Position numbers and translations under genes: made by a program. The notes below the pieces were generated by a model. The model ran no database searches. It was given only the letters and a program-made list of their open reading frames with translations, and had not been told where the DNA came from. Shown one piece after another: positions 63,167 to 64,000 of a DNA stretch of 64,000 nt; the stretch's first letter is position 1; every line of letters begins with the position of its first letter. The DNA comes from Leptogorgia sarmentosa (taxonomy: Eukaryota): positions 5,828,001 through 5,892,000 of the forward strand of contig OZ210884.1 in the NCBI GenBank assembly GCA_964658305.1. The letters are read 5' to 3'.

Positions 63167-64000
63167 CTAAATTTATCCAAGATAAGATAACTTCAACACT
63201 AAGCTGGTATCCATAGGGGACCAAAGAAAATTCGAATTCACTGTTACATAGTTAGTTTAATTAGGCTACTCCTATATACTGCAGGAAAAGAAAAATTTCA
63301 GTGGTTTGTTTCACATTAAATATGTATAAAAAATACTAGGATGAAATAAGAGACGGTCTCACGTAAAATTCTCAGGAATTTTAGTATAGATTATACCTGA
63401 GAACTAATGCACCGAAATTCCAGAATATTTCATGATAGAATTTCACAGTATTTCATCAATATTTCATGAAATTTCTTTAAGCGTAGCTGTTAGACAATAA
63501 TTAGAATTAGTTCTACTATACCTAGCACTGATGACGTACAGTGGTAGTACACTAGCTAAGTGACGTACAATACACTAGCTAAGTACAGTGTATCAGTTGT
63601 TCATTTACTCTGTAAAGACAAAAACATGCAGACAACCACGATAATTTCTTACCTTGATGTTTCATCAACCACTGACGACATTAAAGGCGCTGTCTTTCAG
63701 CGAGCTTATAAATTAATTATTTACGACGCGCAAATAAAGAAAAGCTGACGCCAATTGCAGAGCCAGAAAAACGAGACAGTAAACAATTTAACAGTAACAG
63801 AAAATAGACAGTAAATAATCGACGACGTTTTTTGTCACACCTGCGTCTAATCTGCGTCGTAGAGTATCCTATAGTGGCTAATATCTCTTAGTATATAAGC
63901 GTTCGTTATTTGGCATCATTTTACTAAGTTGCACTGTTTTCTTTCATAATTAGGAATAAGCAACACACGAAGCTTCACATTTTATATCGCGGTTAAAATT

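Overview
This is AT-rich eukaryotic (animal) DNA with GT-AG introns. There are no prokaryotic genes, rRNA, tRNA or CRISPR. The gene content and repeat types suggest a marine invertebrate, possibly a cnidarian, but that is inference only. All gene models were spliced by eye. (1) From about 2.9 to 41.5 kb is a + strand tandem array of a secreted protein family that the ORF track barely shows. Each gene has a non-coding exon 1, a signal-peptide exon ending in C-x-EG-x-P, one Cys-rich Ig-like exon, several short Thr/Pro mucin-like exons, and a terminal Asp/Glu/Ser-rich exon. I call it IMA (Ig-mucin-acidic). All coding introns are phase 1. Three Ig subtypes (A, B, C) are combined with different 3' modules. 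The array holds three intact single-Ig genes, one probable two-Ig fusion gene, one copy with a +1 frameshift and a (GAT)28 poly-Asp tail, one 5' pseudogene and one duplicated 3' module. (2) From 48.6 to 59.0 kb is a gene with 13 coding exons for a secreted protein of about 1290 aa: two six-repeat tectonin/tachylectin-type propellers, a cadherin-like domain, and an animal heme peroxidase with intact catalytic motifs. (3) From 60.5 to 63.2 kb on the - strand are a three-repeat beta-trefoil-like exon and a PAN/apple exon, separated by a truncated LINE. MITEs and hairpin elements are scattered throughout.
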